DNA of 64,000 nucleotides from Candidatus Woesearchaeota archaeon (GTDB lineage: Archaea > Nanobdellota > Nanobdellia > Woesearchaeales > JABGXB01): the NCBI GenBank assembly GCA_018675975.1, contig JABGXB010000002.1, forward strand, positions 504,098 through 568,097, read 5' to 3'. The notes beneath the pieces were generated by a model that did not search any database, had not been told where the DNA came from, and saw only the letters and a program-made list of their open reading frames with translations. Made by a program: the position numbers and the translations under genes. Shown piece after piece: positions 36,986-46,879 of the stretch (position 1 is its first letter; each line of letters begins with the position of its first letter).

Positions 36986-39166
36986 ATGTTTGGTTTTTTT
37001 AAAGATAAATTAAAGGATATTGTAACTAAGTTTAGTAAAACAGTAGAAGAAGAAGTAGTTGAGGATGATTTTAATTCTGAAGAGTATTATGAAAAAGAAC
37101 TTAAAGTAAAAGATGAAGAAAAACAATCAGAAGATAAAAAAAAACCAATTGAAACAAAAAAAGAAATAAAACAAGAAATAAAACAAGATACTAAAAAAGA
37201 AGAAATAAAACAAGAAATAAAACAAGATACTAAAAAAGAAGAAATAAAACAAGAAATAAAACAAGATACTAAAAAAGAAGAAATAAAACAAGATACTAAA
37301 AAAGAAGAAATAAAACAAGAAATAAAACAAGATACTAAAAAAGAAGAAATAAAACAAGAAATAAAAAAAGAAGAGAAAATAGAAGTAAAAAATAAAGAAA
37401 TTAAAACAAAAAAACCAGAATTTGTTGAAAAACCTAAAGTTGAAGATAAATCAAAAGAAGATAGCGATCAAGAAAATAAACAAAAAATAAAAGATAAAAT
37501 AAAACAAGAATTTAGGGATCAAATTTATAAAAAATATAATATTTTATCCGGCGATAAAAAAAATAATTCTAAAGATAATGAAGATATTATTGAAATAAAA
37601 GATACTGATTTAGGTGATAATAAATCTGATATTATTGAAACAAAAAAAGAACATGAAATTAAAACATTAAATATTGATATTGATGAAAATTTAAAAGATG
37701 AAATTTCAAATGAAGCAAAAGAAGAATTAAAACAAGAAATTAAAGGTGATGATGCTTTAAATGAAAAAATTGATAATTTTGATGAAAATTTATTTGATTC
37801 AGTTGATGAGGGAAAACATATTTCTTATGATGAAAATAAAAGCTTTTTTGATAAAATTAAAGAAAAACTTTTTACATCAAAAAAAGAAAATATATTAGAA
37901 ACTAATTCTGTTGAAAAAGAAAAAGAAATTTTAGAAAATAATTTATTAAAAGAAAAAGAACAATCTGAATCAAAAAAATTAGAAATTGAACATGAATTTG
38001 AAGAATTAGAACAAAAAATAGAAAAACAACCAGAAATCCAAGAAGAAACGCAAGAAGTTAAAGAAGAGATTAAAGAAATAATCGAAGAAAAGAAAATAGA
38101 AGACAAACAACAAATTCATGATGAAATTAAACCAGAATTAAAAGAAGAAAAACTTGAAGTTAAAGAAAATATTCAAAAAGAAATCAAAGAAGAGAAAGTA
38201 GAACCTATTATTGAAGAAAAAATAGAGACAGTAATTAAACAAAAAGTTGAACATGTTCAAGTTAAAAAAGAAGAACCTGGTTTTTTTAATAAAATAAAAG
38301 ATGTTTTTGTTAAAAAAACTTTAAGTGATGATAAATTTGAAGAATTATTTTTTTCATTAGAGTTGGCATTGCTTGAAAATAATGTTGCATTATCAGTTAT
38401 AGATAAAATAAAATTGGACTTGAAAACTAGATTAGTTGATAAAAAATTAAATCGTTTTCAAATTGATAAAACAATTTCAATTTCATTAAAAGAAAGTATT
38501 TCAGATTTATTTAATATTCCAACTATTAATATTATGGAAGAAATTAAAAATAAAAAAAATGAAACTGGTGAACCATATATTATTTCGTTTGTTGGTATTA
38601 ATGGTGTTGGAAAAACTACAAATTTAGCAAAACTTGCAAATTATTTTAAAAAAAATGGATTTTCAGTTATTATGGTTGCTGGAGATACTTTTAGAGTTGC
38701 AGCAATTGAACAAATTGAAGAACATGCAAATAATTTAGATATTAAATTAATTAAACATGATTATGGTTCTGATCCAGCTGCAGTTTGTTTTGATGCAATA
38801 AAACATGCAAAATCTAAAAATATAGATGTTGTTTTAATAGATACTGCTGGAAGAAGTAATGCTAATATTAATTTAATGAATGAACTTAAAAAAGTTATCA
38901 GAATTAGTAAAAGTGATTTGAAAATTTTTGTTGGTGATTCTTTAAGTGGAAATGATGCTGTTGAACAAGCAGAAAATTTTAATGAATCAGTTGGTATCGA
39001 TGGAGTTATTCTTGCAAAAAGTGATGCTGATGAAAAGGGTGGGACTGCAATTTCAATTGGTTGGGTTTTAAAAAAACCAATTTTATTTTTAGGAACTGGT
39101 CAATCATATGATGATCTTAAAGAATTTTCTTCAAATTTGATATTAGATAATTTAGGTTTAAATTAA
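36986..39166 (+). CDS. ftsY: SRP receptor FtsY with very long acidic N-terminal region
   Basis: GINGVGKTT, DTFR, DTAGR and KGG motifs; MFGFFKDKL amphipathic start. Confidence 0.95.
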   Translation: MFGFFKDKLKDIVTKFSKTVEEEVVEDDFNSEEYYEKELKVKDEEKQSEDKKKPIETKKEIKQEIKQDTKKEEIKQEIKQDTKKEEIKQEIKQDTKKEEIKQDTKKEEIKQEIKQDTKKEEIKQEIKKEEKIEVKNKEIKTKKPEFVEKPKVEDKSKEDSDQENKQKIKDKIKQEFRDQIYKKYNILSGDKKNNSKDNEDIIEIKDTDLGDNKSDIIETKKEHEIKTLNIDIDENLKDEISNEAKEELKQEIKGDDALNEKIDNFDENLFDSVDEGKHISYDENKSFFDKIKEKLFTSKKENILETNSVEKEKEILENNLLKEKEQSESKKLEIEHEFEELEQKIEKQPEIQEETQEVKEEIKEIIEEKKIEDKQQIHDEIKPELKEEKLEVKENIQKEIKEEKVEPIIEEKIETVIKQKVEHVQVKKEEPGFFNKIKDVFVKKTLSDDKFEELFFSLELALLENNVALSVIDKIKLDLKTRLVDKKLNRFQIDKTISISLKESISDLFNIPTINIMEEIKNKKNETGEPYIISFVGINGVGKTTNLAKLANYFKKNGFSVIMVAGDTFRVAAIEQIEEHANNLDIKLIKHDYGSDPAAVCFDAIKHAKSKNIDVVLIDTAGRSNANINLMNELKKVIRISKSDLKIFVGDSLSGNDAVEQAENFNESVGIDGVILAKSDADEKGGTAISIGWVLKKPILFLGTGQSYDDLKEFSSNLILDNLGLN
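37157..37372 (+). repeat. Intragenic tandem repeat, about 39-bp unit encoding KKEEIKQEIKQDT
   Basis: About five near-identical copies, one shortened by 12 bp. Confidence 0.9.
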
Positions 39167-40524
39167 AAAGGTAATTTTCCACCCATCATTCCTTTCATTT
39201 TATTTGCAAGGCCAGCCATTTTTCCTGTTCCTTGTCCACCTTTCATTAACCGAATCATTTTTTTACTTTTTTTGAATTGCTGTAATAATTCTTTTACTTC
39301 CCCATTATTTCTTCCACTACCTTTAGAAATTCTTTCAATTCTTTCTTGTGTAATTGTTGACGGATCTTCAAGCTCTGCTTTAGTCATTGAATCTAATGCA
39401 AATTTCCATTTATCCATATTTTTTTCTCCCATGTCTAATGCTTCTTTTGGAATATTAACATTTGACATACCAGGAATTAAATCCATTATTTTAGAAACAG
39501 ATCCCATTTTTTTAAGCGAGGACATTTGTTCAAATAAATCTAATAAATTAAATTCACCTTTTAATAATTTTTTTCCCATGTCTTCAACATCAGTTTCTTT
39601 AAATGCATCTTGAACTTTTTCTAATAGTCCTTCAATATCACCCATACCTAATAAGCGAGAAACAAATCTTTTTGGTTCAAATATTTCTAAATCATCTGGT
39701 TTTTCTCCAATACCAATAAATTTAACATTAGCCCCAGTAGTTGCACATGCAGATAATGCACCCCCACCTTTTGCTGTACCATCAAGTTTTGTTATTAAGA
39801 CTCCATTAACTCCACAAGTATCATGGAATGTTTGTGCTTGTTTTTGTGCATTTTGTCCTTGGTCTGCACCTATTACTAAAAGATTATAATCACTGTGTAT
39901 TTGGCTTGATATGTTATTTAATTCTTGTATTAACTCATCACTTAATGCATCTCGCCCAGCTGTATCAACAATTACAATATCATACTCATATAATTTATCT
40001 TTAAACTGATTAAAAATTTGTACTGGGTCTTTTAATTCTGGATTTCCAAATACAGGAACATCTAATTGACTGCAACCTTGTTTTAATTGAGTAAATGCAG
40101 CTGGTCTCCAGGTATCGGTTGAAATGCAACAAACTTTTTTCCCTCGTTTTTTATAAAATTTGGATAATTTAATTGCTGATGTTGTTTTACCATTACCAAA
40201 TAATCCAACTAACATAAAAATAAATGGTTTTTTTTCAATTTTTATTTGTTCACTATCTCCTCCTAAAAATTGTACTAACTCTTCATAAATAATTTTAATT
40301 AAAAATTCTTTTTTTGTAATTCCTGTTGGACTTTTTTCATTTAATGCTCTTTCTTTAATTTTTTTTGATATTTCTAAAACTAATTTCACATTTACATCAC
40401 TAGACAATAATGCCCTTTGAATATCTTTTACAATTTCATTAATTACATTTTTATCTATAAAAATTCCACCAGTTATTTTATTTAATGTAGACTTTAATGA
40501 TACTGTGAGTTTATCTAAAACCAT
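39163..40524 (-). CDS. srp54: Signal recognition particle protein SRP54
   Basis: GLFGNGKTT, DTAGR, TKLDGTAKGGG motifs; Met-rich M domain. Confidence 0.97.
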   Translation of the reverse strand: MVLDKLTVSLKSTLNKITGGIFIDKNVINEIVKDIQRALLSSDVNVKLVLEISKKIKERALNEKSPTGITKKEFLIKIIYEELVQFLGGDSEQIKIEKKPFIFMLVGLFGNGKTTSAIKLSKFYKKRGKKVCCISTDTWRPAAFTQLKQGCSQLDVPVFGNPELKDPVQIFNQFKDKLYEYDIVIVDTAGRDALSDELIQELNNISSQIHSDYNLLVIGADQGQNAQKQAQTFHDTCGVNGVLITKLDGTAKGGGALSACATTGANVKFIGIGEKPDDLEIFEPKRFVSRLLGMGDIEGLLEKVQDAFKETDVEDMGKKLLKGEFNLLDLFEQMSSLKKMGSVSKIMDLIPGMSNVNIPKEALDMGEKNMDKWKFALDSMTKAELEDPSTITQERIERISKGSGRNNGEVKELLQQFKKSKKMIRLMKGGQGTGKMAGLANKMKGMMGGKLPF

Positions 40525-40588
40525 ATATAAGAATTATTTACTATTAATTATAAAATTAACTTAAAAAAAAAATTAAAAAGAAGAATAA

Positions 40589-40837
40589 TTATCTTCTTTT
40601 TCTTTTAGCTGGAGCCTTTCTTTTAGCTGCTTTTCTAGCCGGAGCTTTTCTTTTAGCTGCTGCTTTTCTAGCTGGAGCTTTTCTTTTAGCTGCTTTTCTA
40701 GCCGGAGCTTTTCTTTTAGCTGCTGCTTTTCTAGCTGGAGCTTTTCTTTTTACAGACCTTGTTGATCTTTTAGCTACCTTTCTTTTTGGAGCCGCCTTCC
40801 TTTTTGTAGTTCGTTTTGCAGTTTTTCTTGCCGCCAT
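40589..40837 (-). CDS. Histone H1-like K/R/A/P-rich repeat protein
   Basis: 82 aa with repeated KRKAPARKAA(A); SD AGAGGA; no acidic residues. Confidence 0.75.
   Translation of the reverse strand: MAARKTAKRTTKRKAAPKRKVAKRSTRSVKRKAPARKAAAKRKAPARKAAKRKAPARKAAAKRKAPARKAAKRKAPAKRKRR
40598..40750 (-). repeat. Intragenic tandem repeat, alternating 30/33-bp units
   Basis: TTTTCTTTTAGCTGC(TGC)TTTTCTAGCYGGAGC copies on the + strand. Confidence 0.85.
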
Positions 40838-40999
40838 TTGATTCCTCTTTTTTATTTAATTATTATGATGTTGTAAAATCATATATATATTAGTAAATAC
40901 CTTTTTAGAGTATATAAATGTTTTCCTTTGACATATAAAGAATTAATTTTGTTTTGTGTTCCATTAATTAAAAAAAAAATTAAGAATTATTTTTTTATT

Positions 41000-41635
41000 T
41001 TACGCTTCAACTTTTGTTTTATCTAAGTTTTCTTCAAACTTAAATTGTTTTTTACCCTCTTCAATTTTAATGATTCTAATTTCACTTGTTTTTACTGAGG
41101 TTATTTTTTTAATTGAATCTTTCATTTCTTTTTGAAATTTTCCTAATATAATATTTTTTATTGTTTCATTATATGTAGATTCATTTATTTTTTTTTCAAT
41201 CCATTGTTTTACACTTTTTCTTAATTCACATTGTATTGCTTTTGATGCTAAATATTGTGTTACAATTAATGGTTTAATTCTTACTTTAATATTATCTTTT
41301 GATTCAACTAAAAATGAATCATCAATTTTTGTTTTTTCTCGTCTTACATATTTTCTCATTGAGTTTGACATTATTTCATATCTACAAACTCTAGTGTCAC
41401 ATTTTTGACCTGTTGTTTTAACGATTTCAAAATCTATAATTATATTTTGTTTTTTTGGATCTCGTGTAAGCATCATTAAATTACTACTTAATTTTCTACC
41501 AATTAATAATTCATTATCAGAAGTAATAGTTTTTCCTAATTCTTTATTGTTAAAAAAATCTGGTGCATTTACTTCGAACCATTTTTTTTTTTTCCAATTT
41601 AATACTGATTTTGATGCTTTTTTAAATTTTGCCAT
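41000..41635 (-). CDS. rps3ae: 30S ribosomal protein eS1 (S3Ae)
   Basis: WKKKKWFEVNAP, LIGR and VRR...KIDD motifs. Confidence 0.92.
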   Translation of the reverse strand: MAKFKKASKSVLNWKKKKWFEVNAPDFFNNKELGKTITSDNELLIGRKLSSNLMMLTRDPKKQNIIIDFEIVKTTGQKCDTRVCRYEIMSNSMRKYVRREKTKIDDSFLVESKDNIKVRIKPLIVTQYLASKAIQCELRKSVKQWIEKKINESTYNETIKNIILGKFQKEMKDSIKKITSVKTSEIRIIKIEEGKKQFKFEENLDKTKVEA

Positions 41636-41709
41636 TATTCTAGGAGATTTTGGTTTGTTTATAAAGTTTTTTAATTCCGGATTTAAATCTGTTTACTACA
41701 CTATATACA

Positions 41710-43260
41710 CTATAGATAATTTGCAATAATCTGTGCAGGTAAATTTCCATATGATAAAATTTTTTTATGAAATGTAATATAGTCCATTTTATTTTTTAAT
41801 ACATTTTCATCTCTAGCTTTTTCAATTATGTGAGCTCCAATTAAATAAGACATTGGATATGTTGGTCTTTGTGAATACCAAAAACATTCTCCTTTGGCTC
41901 TACTTTCTGGTATCATTGTATGTTTCTTTAAAAATTTCCATGCTTTTTTATAAGTCCAATTATTACAATTTGTATTTATGTCAATAATAATTCTACATGC
42001 CCTTAATGCTCTCATTTTATACATTAAAAATTTATCATAATCGGTTTTTGAAAACCCAGTATCAACCATAAGTTTTTCACAATATAATCCCCATCCTTCT
42101 ACAAAAGTTATTGATGCTAAAAATTGTCTTAAAATATTATTTTTAAATTTTGTATTATGTATTGTTGACATTTGTAAATGATGTCCTGGAAATGCTTCAT
42201 GTACTGAAGTTAATTTTAATTCATGTAAATTCATATGAGCTAATTCTTCTTTTGTTCTTGGTGTTGTTATAAAATATCTACCAATTTGTTTTTTATCATC
42301 CATTCTTGGTGGAACATAGGCTGCCGCAGGAAATTGCTTTTCTAATTGTTTTGGAGTTTTCATAACAATTAACTTTTCTTTATGGTTTATTTCAAATAAT
42401 TTATTTTTAATAATGAATTTTTTTGAATCCAATGTAATTTTTTTAGTTATTTCAATTAATTTATCTTTTTTAATAATTTTTTTATCAATTTTTTTAAAAA
42501 ATTGTTCAATGGTACAATTATTTTTATTTGCAATTTTTTTCATTTCACTTTTATATTTTTTAAGTTCATTTTGTCCTAATTTTAATAATTCATTTATATT
42601 TTGATTAATATATTTAGATTTTTTTAATATTTTACTAAATCTGGATTTCCCAATTCCATAATTATCAATACTTTGATTATATAATGTTTTAAGAAATTTT
42701 AAATATTTTTCAACTGTTTTTTTTAACTTATCAACTTTAATTAATTCATTTTTACTAAATTTTATTTTATTTTTAAGTTCATCAAAAAAATCTACATTTG
42801 ATGACATATAAATACTATTATCTAACCATATTTTTATAATTTTATTACTATTTTTTAATATTTTAATACCAATATTTAAATTTTTTATTTGAGTATCAAT
42901 TCGCGATAATATTATTGCTTTTTTATTTTTAAAATCAGATATCAAAAACTCTTGAATAGAATTATGTGGTAAAAAAATACTAGGATCTTTTAATCTTAAA
43001 TCATATTTATGTTCATCAATTTCAAGTTCTAAATGATCTTTAAACAAATTGTAATCAATTAAATCATCTTTATTTAATTTATTTATATTTATTTTTTTTA
43101 GATTAAGTAAATATTTTTCATTTAATTTTAAATTATTATTTCTATTTTTATTATCTAATAATGTTTCATTAAATAAATATTTGTGATGAGAATAATTATA
43201 AGCTCCACCTGGATTTATTTTAAAAAACTCATTAAAATATGATTTAATAATTGAAATTAT
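41710..43260 (-). CDS. DUF885 family protein (zincin-like metallopeptidase), proposed ATA start
   Basis: HEAFPGHH and FVEGWGLYCE motifs; frame stays open 71 codons upstream of the track's TTG, to an ATA after SD GAGGTG. Confidence 0.85.
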   Translation of the reverse strand: MISIIKSYFNEFFKINPGGAYNYSHHKYLFNETLLDNKNRNNNLKLNEKYLLNLKKININKLNKDDLIDYNLFKDHLELEIDEHKYDLRLKDPSIFLPHNSIQEFLISDFKNKKAIILSRIDTQIKNLNIGIKILKNSNKIIKIWLDNSIYMSSNVDFFDELKNKIKFSKNELIKVDKLKKTVEKYLKFLKTLYNQSIDNYGIGKSRFSKILKKSKYINQNINELLKLGQNELKKYKSEMKKIANKNNCTIEQFFKKIDKKIIKKDKLIEITKKITLDSKKFIIKNKLFEINHKEKLIVMKTPKQLEKQFPAAAYVPPRMDDKKQIGRYFITTPRTKEELAHMNLHELKLTSVHEAFPGHHLQMSTIHNTKFKNNILRQFLASITFVEGWGLYCEKLMVDTGFSKTDYDKFLMYKMRALRACRIIIDINTNCNNWTYKKAWKFLKKHTMIPESRAKGECFWYSQRPTYPMSYLIGAHIIEKARDENVLKNKMDYITFHKKILSYGNLPAQIIANYL

Positions 43261-43310
43261 TTTAACACCTCTTAATTATTAATTTTTTTTTTGTTTATTA
43301 ATTTTATTAT

Positions 43311-44876
43311 TTAAAAATCATTAATTGTATGACTTATATTATTTTCTTTAATTCCGATTTGTTCTCTTATGTTTTTTGCAATGGCTGATCCAATTAATTT
43401 AGATAGTATATTAAAATCCGTTTTTTTTATATCAAGAACATTTTTTATTCCATTATTGTGCATAACTCTAGCTCTTACTCTACCAATATATTTTAATTTT
43501 AATAATGGTAATAATTCTTCTTTTACACCATATTTTATTCTCATACTTAATTTATTTATGTCTTTTATTATTTTCATATTATTAACTATTTTAGAAATTT
43601 CACTTATACAATATAATAGCCACATGCTTTTTTCAATTTTGACCCGTAAATCTCCTGGTGTTGAATTATAATTTAATAATATTTTATTTTCTCCTGCTTC
43701 ATTTATCCATTCTTCTAAACAAAGGCTTGTTTTAAATGAATTTAAATATTCTTTATATTCTGGATCATAAATATCTGGCACATCCATAATAATATTTTCT
43801 TTATTAGATTCAAATATGGTCATTATTTTTTCAAATTCTGAATTTTTAACACGTAATAAGGGGCGCATTTCTATGGTATTTGAAATAATATTTAATAATG
43901 TTATTGGTAAAATTTCTTTTTCTGAATTTATTTTATTAATATTTTCTATTAATTCATTTGCAGTTAAAGGATCTATGTATAATTGACTTACCCTAATACC
44001 TAATTTTGTTATGTTTATATTATCAAAAAAACTATTGCTTTTATTTGCACTTGAAAATTCATCTTTTTCGAATTCTATAAATTTCCAATCATTTAAATAA
44101 TTTAATATTTTATCAATTGTAAATTTTAATCTATCCATATCACCAAATTGAAATGCCCAAAATGTTTTTGAAAAAAAATCGATAAGGTCTTTATAATTTT
44201 TTACAATTTGTGTTGATAGTAAGGATAAAATATACATTCTTAAGGTTGGTTCAACTGCAAGTTTTGAATATATTGATTCGGGTTTACCTATTAAAAATTT
44301 ATTATATATATCTTCATACTCTTTTTCATTATTTGATATTGCAATACTTTCTCCATAATCTTCTTTACCTGGCCTTCCGGCCCTTCCAGACATTTGTAAA
44401 TATTCTAAAACTGGTATCCAATCATATTCCCTTCCTGTAAATCTTTTTAATGATCTTAAAATAACTCTAAATGCTGGCATATCAAGTCCTGCTGCAAGTG
44501 ATGTAGTTGCAGAAATTATTTTTATATTTCCATTTCTAAAATTATCTTCTACTAATTTTCTTTGTTTGCTTGTAAGTCCACTATGATGAAATGCAATACC
44601 TTTTTTTATACATTTAGCAAGACGAATACATTGTTTTGTTGGTTGACTTAAATCTTTGGTTATTTGTTGTGATAAGTATTCAAAAACTTTTTTTTCATTT
44701 AATGAAAAAGGTTCATTTTTTAATTCTGGTTTAACTTGTTTTTCTCCATCAAAATAAATTAATTTTGATATATCTTCAGCACATTTTTCACTACTGCTTT
44801 TTGAACTATTAAAAACTATTCCTTGTTTTTGTTTTTTTATAGTATTAATTGCAATTTTATGTGTTGGTTCAATCAT
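43311..44876 (-). CDS. Hel308/Ski2-like helicase, C-terminal part only (RecA2, WH, ratchet, HhH)
   Basis: GIAFHHSGL, ATTSLAAGLDMPA, QMSGRAGRP and IGRVRAR present; Walker A and DExH absent. Confidence 0.85.
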   Translation of the reverse strand: MIEPTHKIAINTIKKQKQGIVFNSSKSSSEKCAEDISKLIYFDGEKQVKPELKNEPFSLNEKKVFEYLSQQITKDLSQPTKQCIRLAKCIKKGIAFHHSGLTSKQRKLVEDNFRNGNIKIISATTSLAAGLDMPAFRVILRSLKRFTGREYDWIPVLEYLQMSGRAGRPGKEDYGESIAISNNEKEYEDIYNKFLIGKPESIYSKLAVEPTLRMYILSLLSTQIVKNYKDLIDFFSKTFWAFQFGDMDRLKFTIDKILNYLNDWKFIEFEKDEFSSANKSNSFFDNINITKLGIRVSQLYIDPLTANELIENINKINSEKEILPITLLNIISNTIEMRPLLRVKNSEFEKIMTIFESNKENIIMDVPDIYDPEYKEYLNSFKTSLCLEEWINEAGENKILLNYNSTPGDLRVKIEKSMWLLYCISEISKIVNNMKIIKDINKLSMRIKYGVKEELLPLLKLKYIGRVRARVMHNNGIKNVLDIKKTDFNILSKLIGSAIAKNIREQIGIKENNISHTINDF

Positions 44877-44949
44877 ATAAGTAAATTTTCCATTTAATTT
44901 ATATTTCTATTGTAGTAATCATTAAAAATAAAACAATTTTTTTAATTTT

Positions 44950-45897
44950 ATGTATAAAAAAATAAAAACTAATGATGGTTCCTACACTTTATATAATTCT
45001 AAATTTGATGAAAATTATCATAGTATTTCTGGCGCGGTTCAAGAATCATATCACAAATTTATTTTTCCTTGTAAAATTTTATTCTCAAAACAAAAAATAT
45101 CTATATTGGATATTGGTTTTGGGCTTGGTTTGAATTGTTTTTGTACATTATTTTATATTTCCAAAATTTCAACTGAAAAGAAAAAAGTTATTTTTTATTC
45201 TTTTGAAAATGATATTGATTTGTTTAATAATTTAAATGAAGAATTATATTTGAATAATGATAAAAATGATAATTTTGATTTAAGTTTTATTGAATTTTTT
45301 TTATCAAAATTAAAAAATAAATTAAATGATATTAATATTAAAAATAATATTAATGATGATGAAAATAGTTTTTATATTGAATATTCTTATCAAAATATTG
45401 ATGTAAAACATTATTTTTTTATTGGGGATGTTAGAAAATTTAATTTTGAAAATCTTAATTATGATATTTGTTATCATGATCCATTTAGTTTTCACAATAA
45501 TTTAGAATTATGGACTTATGATTTTTTAAAAAAAATTATTAAAAATTTAAACTTTTTCTTTTTAACATATAGTTTTTCTTTACCTTTTTTAAATTCAGTA
45601 AATAATTTAAAATTAGATCTGTTTGAAATAGACCCAATTGGTAGAAAAACACCTAGTATTTTAGCAATTAAAAAATCAAATTTTTTAAATTGTTTTAAAT
45701 TTAATTTGTCGGTTTATAAACCTTTAAATGATATTTATTATAAATATTTAAAATCCAAATCTGCAATTTGTTATTTTGATAAAAAATTTGATTTAAATAA
45801 TGATCAAATAAAAGAAAATAGGGTTGAACTTGTTTCGAATTCTAATTTAGAAAGTTTAAGTAAAATTAAAAAAACTTGTAAACTATCACCGAAATAA
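44950..45897 (+). CDS. MnmC/MnmD-like SAM-dependent tRNA methyltransferase domain protein
   Basis: DGSYTL...ENYHS..GA, LDIGFGLGLN and HDPFS...ELWT motifs. Confidence 0.8.
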   Translation: MYKKIKTNDGSYTLYNSKFDENYHSISGAVQESYHKFIFPCKILFSKQKISILDIGFGLGLNCFCTLFYISKISTEKKKVIFYSFENDIDLFNNLNEELYLNNDKNDNFDLSFIEFFLSKLKNKLNDINIKNNINDDENSFYIEYSYQNIDVKHYFFIGDVRKFNFENLNYDICYHDPFSFHNNLELWTYDFLKKIIKNLNFFFLTYSFSLPFLNSVNNLKLDLFEIDPIGRKTPSILAIKKSNFLNCFKFNLSVYKPLNDIYYKYLKSKSAICYFDKKFDLNNDQIKENRVELVSNSNLESLSKIKKTCKLSPK

Positions 45898-45937
45898 ATA
45901 TAAATAATTTTACATAAATTCATTTAAGAGGTATTTA

Positions 45938-46879
45938 ATGGATTTTTTAAAAAAATTACAAAAAGATAATGAAAATTTAAAGGTTTTAGAGGATAATGAT
46001 TTAATTAATGATAAAGAATTGTTTAAAATTAATGATTTTGAAGAAAAAGATTCTAATCAAAATAATAATTCATCAAATAATAATCAATCTAATGATGAAT
46101 TTATTGATTATAATAGTAATCTAAATGATAATTCCTTTAATGGTGTAAATAATACTAATAATGATGCTAATAGTGTAATTGCTGATATTAATAATAATTT
46201 GAATAATGATTTGGGTGTTGATGAGAATAATTTACATAATGAAAATAAAATTGAAATTAATGAATTAAATAATCAAAATAATCAAATTAGTCAGAATAAT
46301 CAAATGAATCATAATACTCAAATGAACCATAATGATATTAATGCAAATTCTGAAAATATTAATAGTAATGATAATGTGAATAATAATGACAATAATAAAA
46401 ATAATGTAAATATTAATACTACTAATGATAGGATTGTAAATATGTTGGGTTCTGAATTTAATCCTGCTTTTGAACCAAATACTGGTCAAAAAAGTAATTC
46501 AGATATTAATTTAAAAAATGTAAATTTGAATGAAACCCCTACTGCAAATATTCAGCCAAATGTAAACTCAAATCTAAGAACTGGTATTAATAATACTGAT
46601 TTAGATGAATTGAAATCTAATTTACAGAAAATGCATAAATTTATTATGGACTTTCAAAAATTAAAAAATGTTGAAATTAAAACATTGTATAGTAAATTTG
46701 AACAAGTTCTAGTGAGATTAGATGTAATTGAAGATAAATTAAAAGGTGTAAATAATAAACAATCTGTCTCTAATGCTACTAATAATTCTAATGTTAATGC
46801 AAAACCAAATGATAATTCTGAATCAAAAGATTCAGATCCTTATGTGGATTTATCGAGTTTTTTTTATGCAGGTAAATAA
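45938..46879 (+). CDS. Asn-rich low-complexity protein with C-terminal coiled coil
   Basis: SD GAGGT; N/D-rich disordered region; ends VDLSSFFYAGK. Confidence 0.7.
   Translation: MDFLKKLQKDNENLKVLEDNDLINDKELFKINDFEEKDSNQNNNSSNNNQSNDEFIDYNSNLNDNSFNGVNNTNNDANSVIADINNNLNNDLGVDENNLHNENKIEINELNNQNNQISQNNQMNHNTQMNHNDINANSENINSNDNVNNNDNNKNNVNINTTNDRIVNMLGSEFNPAFEPNTGQKSNSDINLKNVNLNETPTANIQPNVNSNLRTGINNTDLDELKSNLQKMHKFIMDFQKLKNVEIKTLYSKFEQVLVRLDVIEDKLKGVNNKQSVSNATNNSNVNAKPNDNSESKDSDPYVDLSSFFYAGK

Noticed and set aside
37157..37372. Repeat arrays here and at 40598-40750 as possible CRISPR
   Set aside because: In-frame coding tandem repeats without unique spacers; no cas genes
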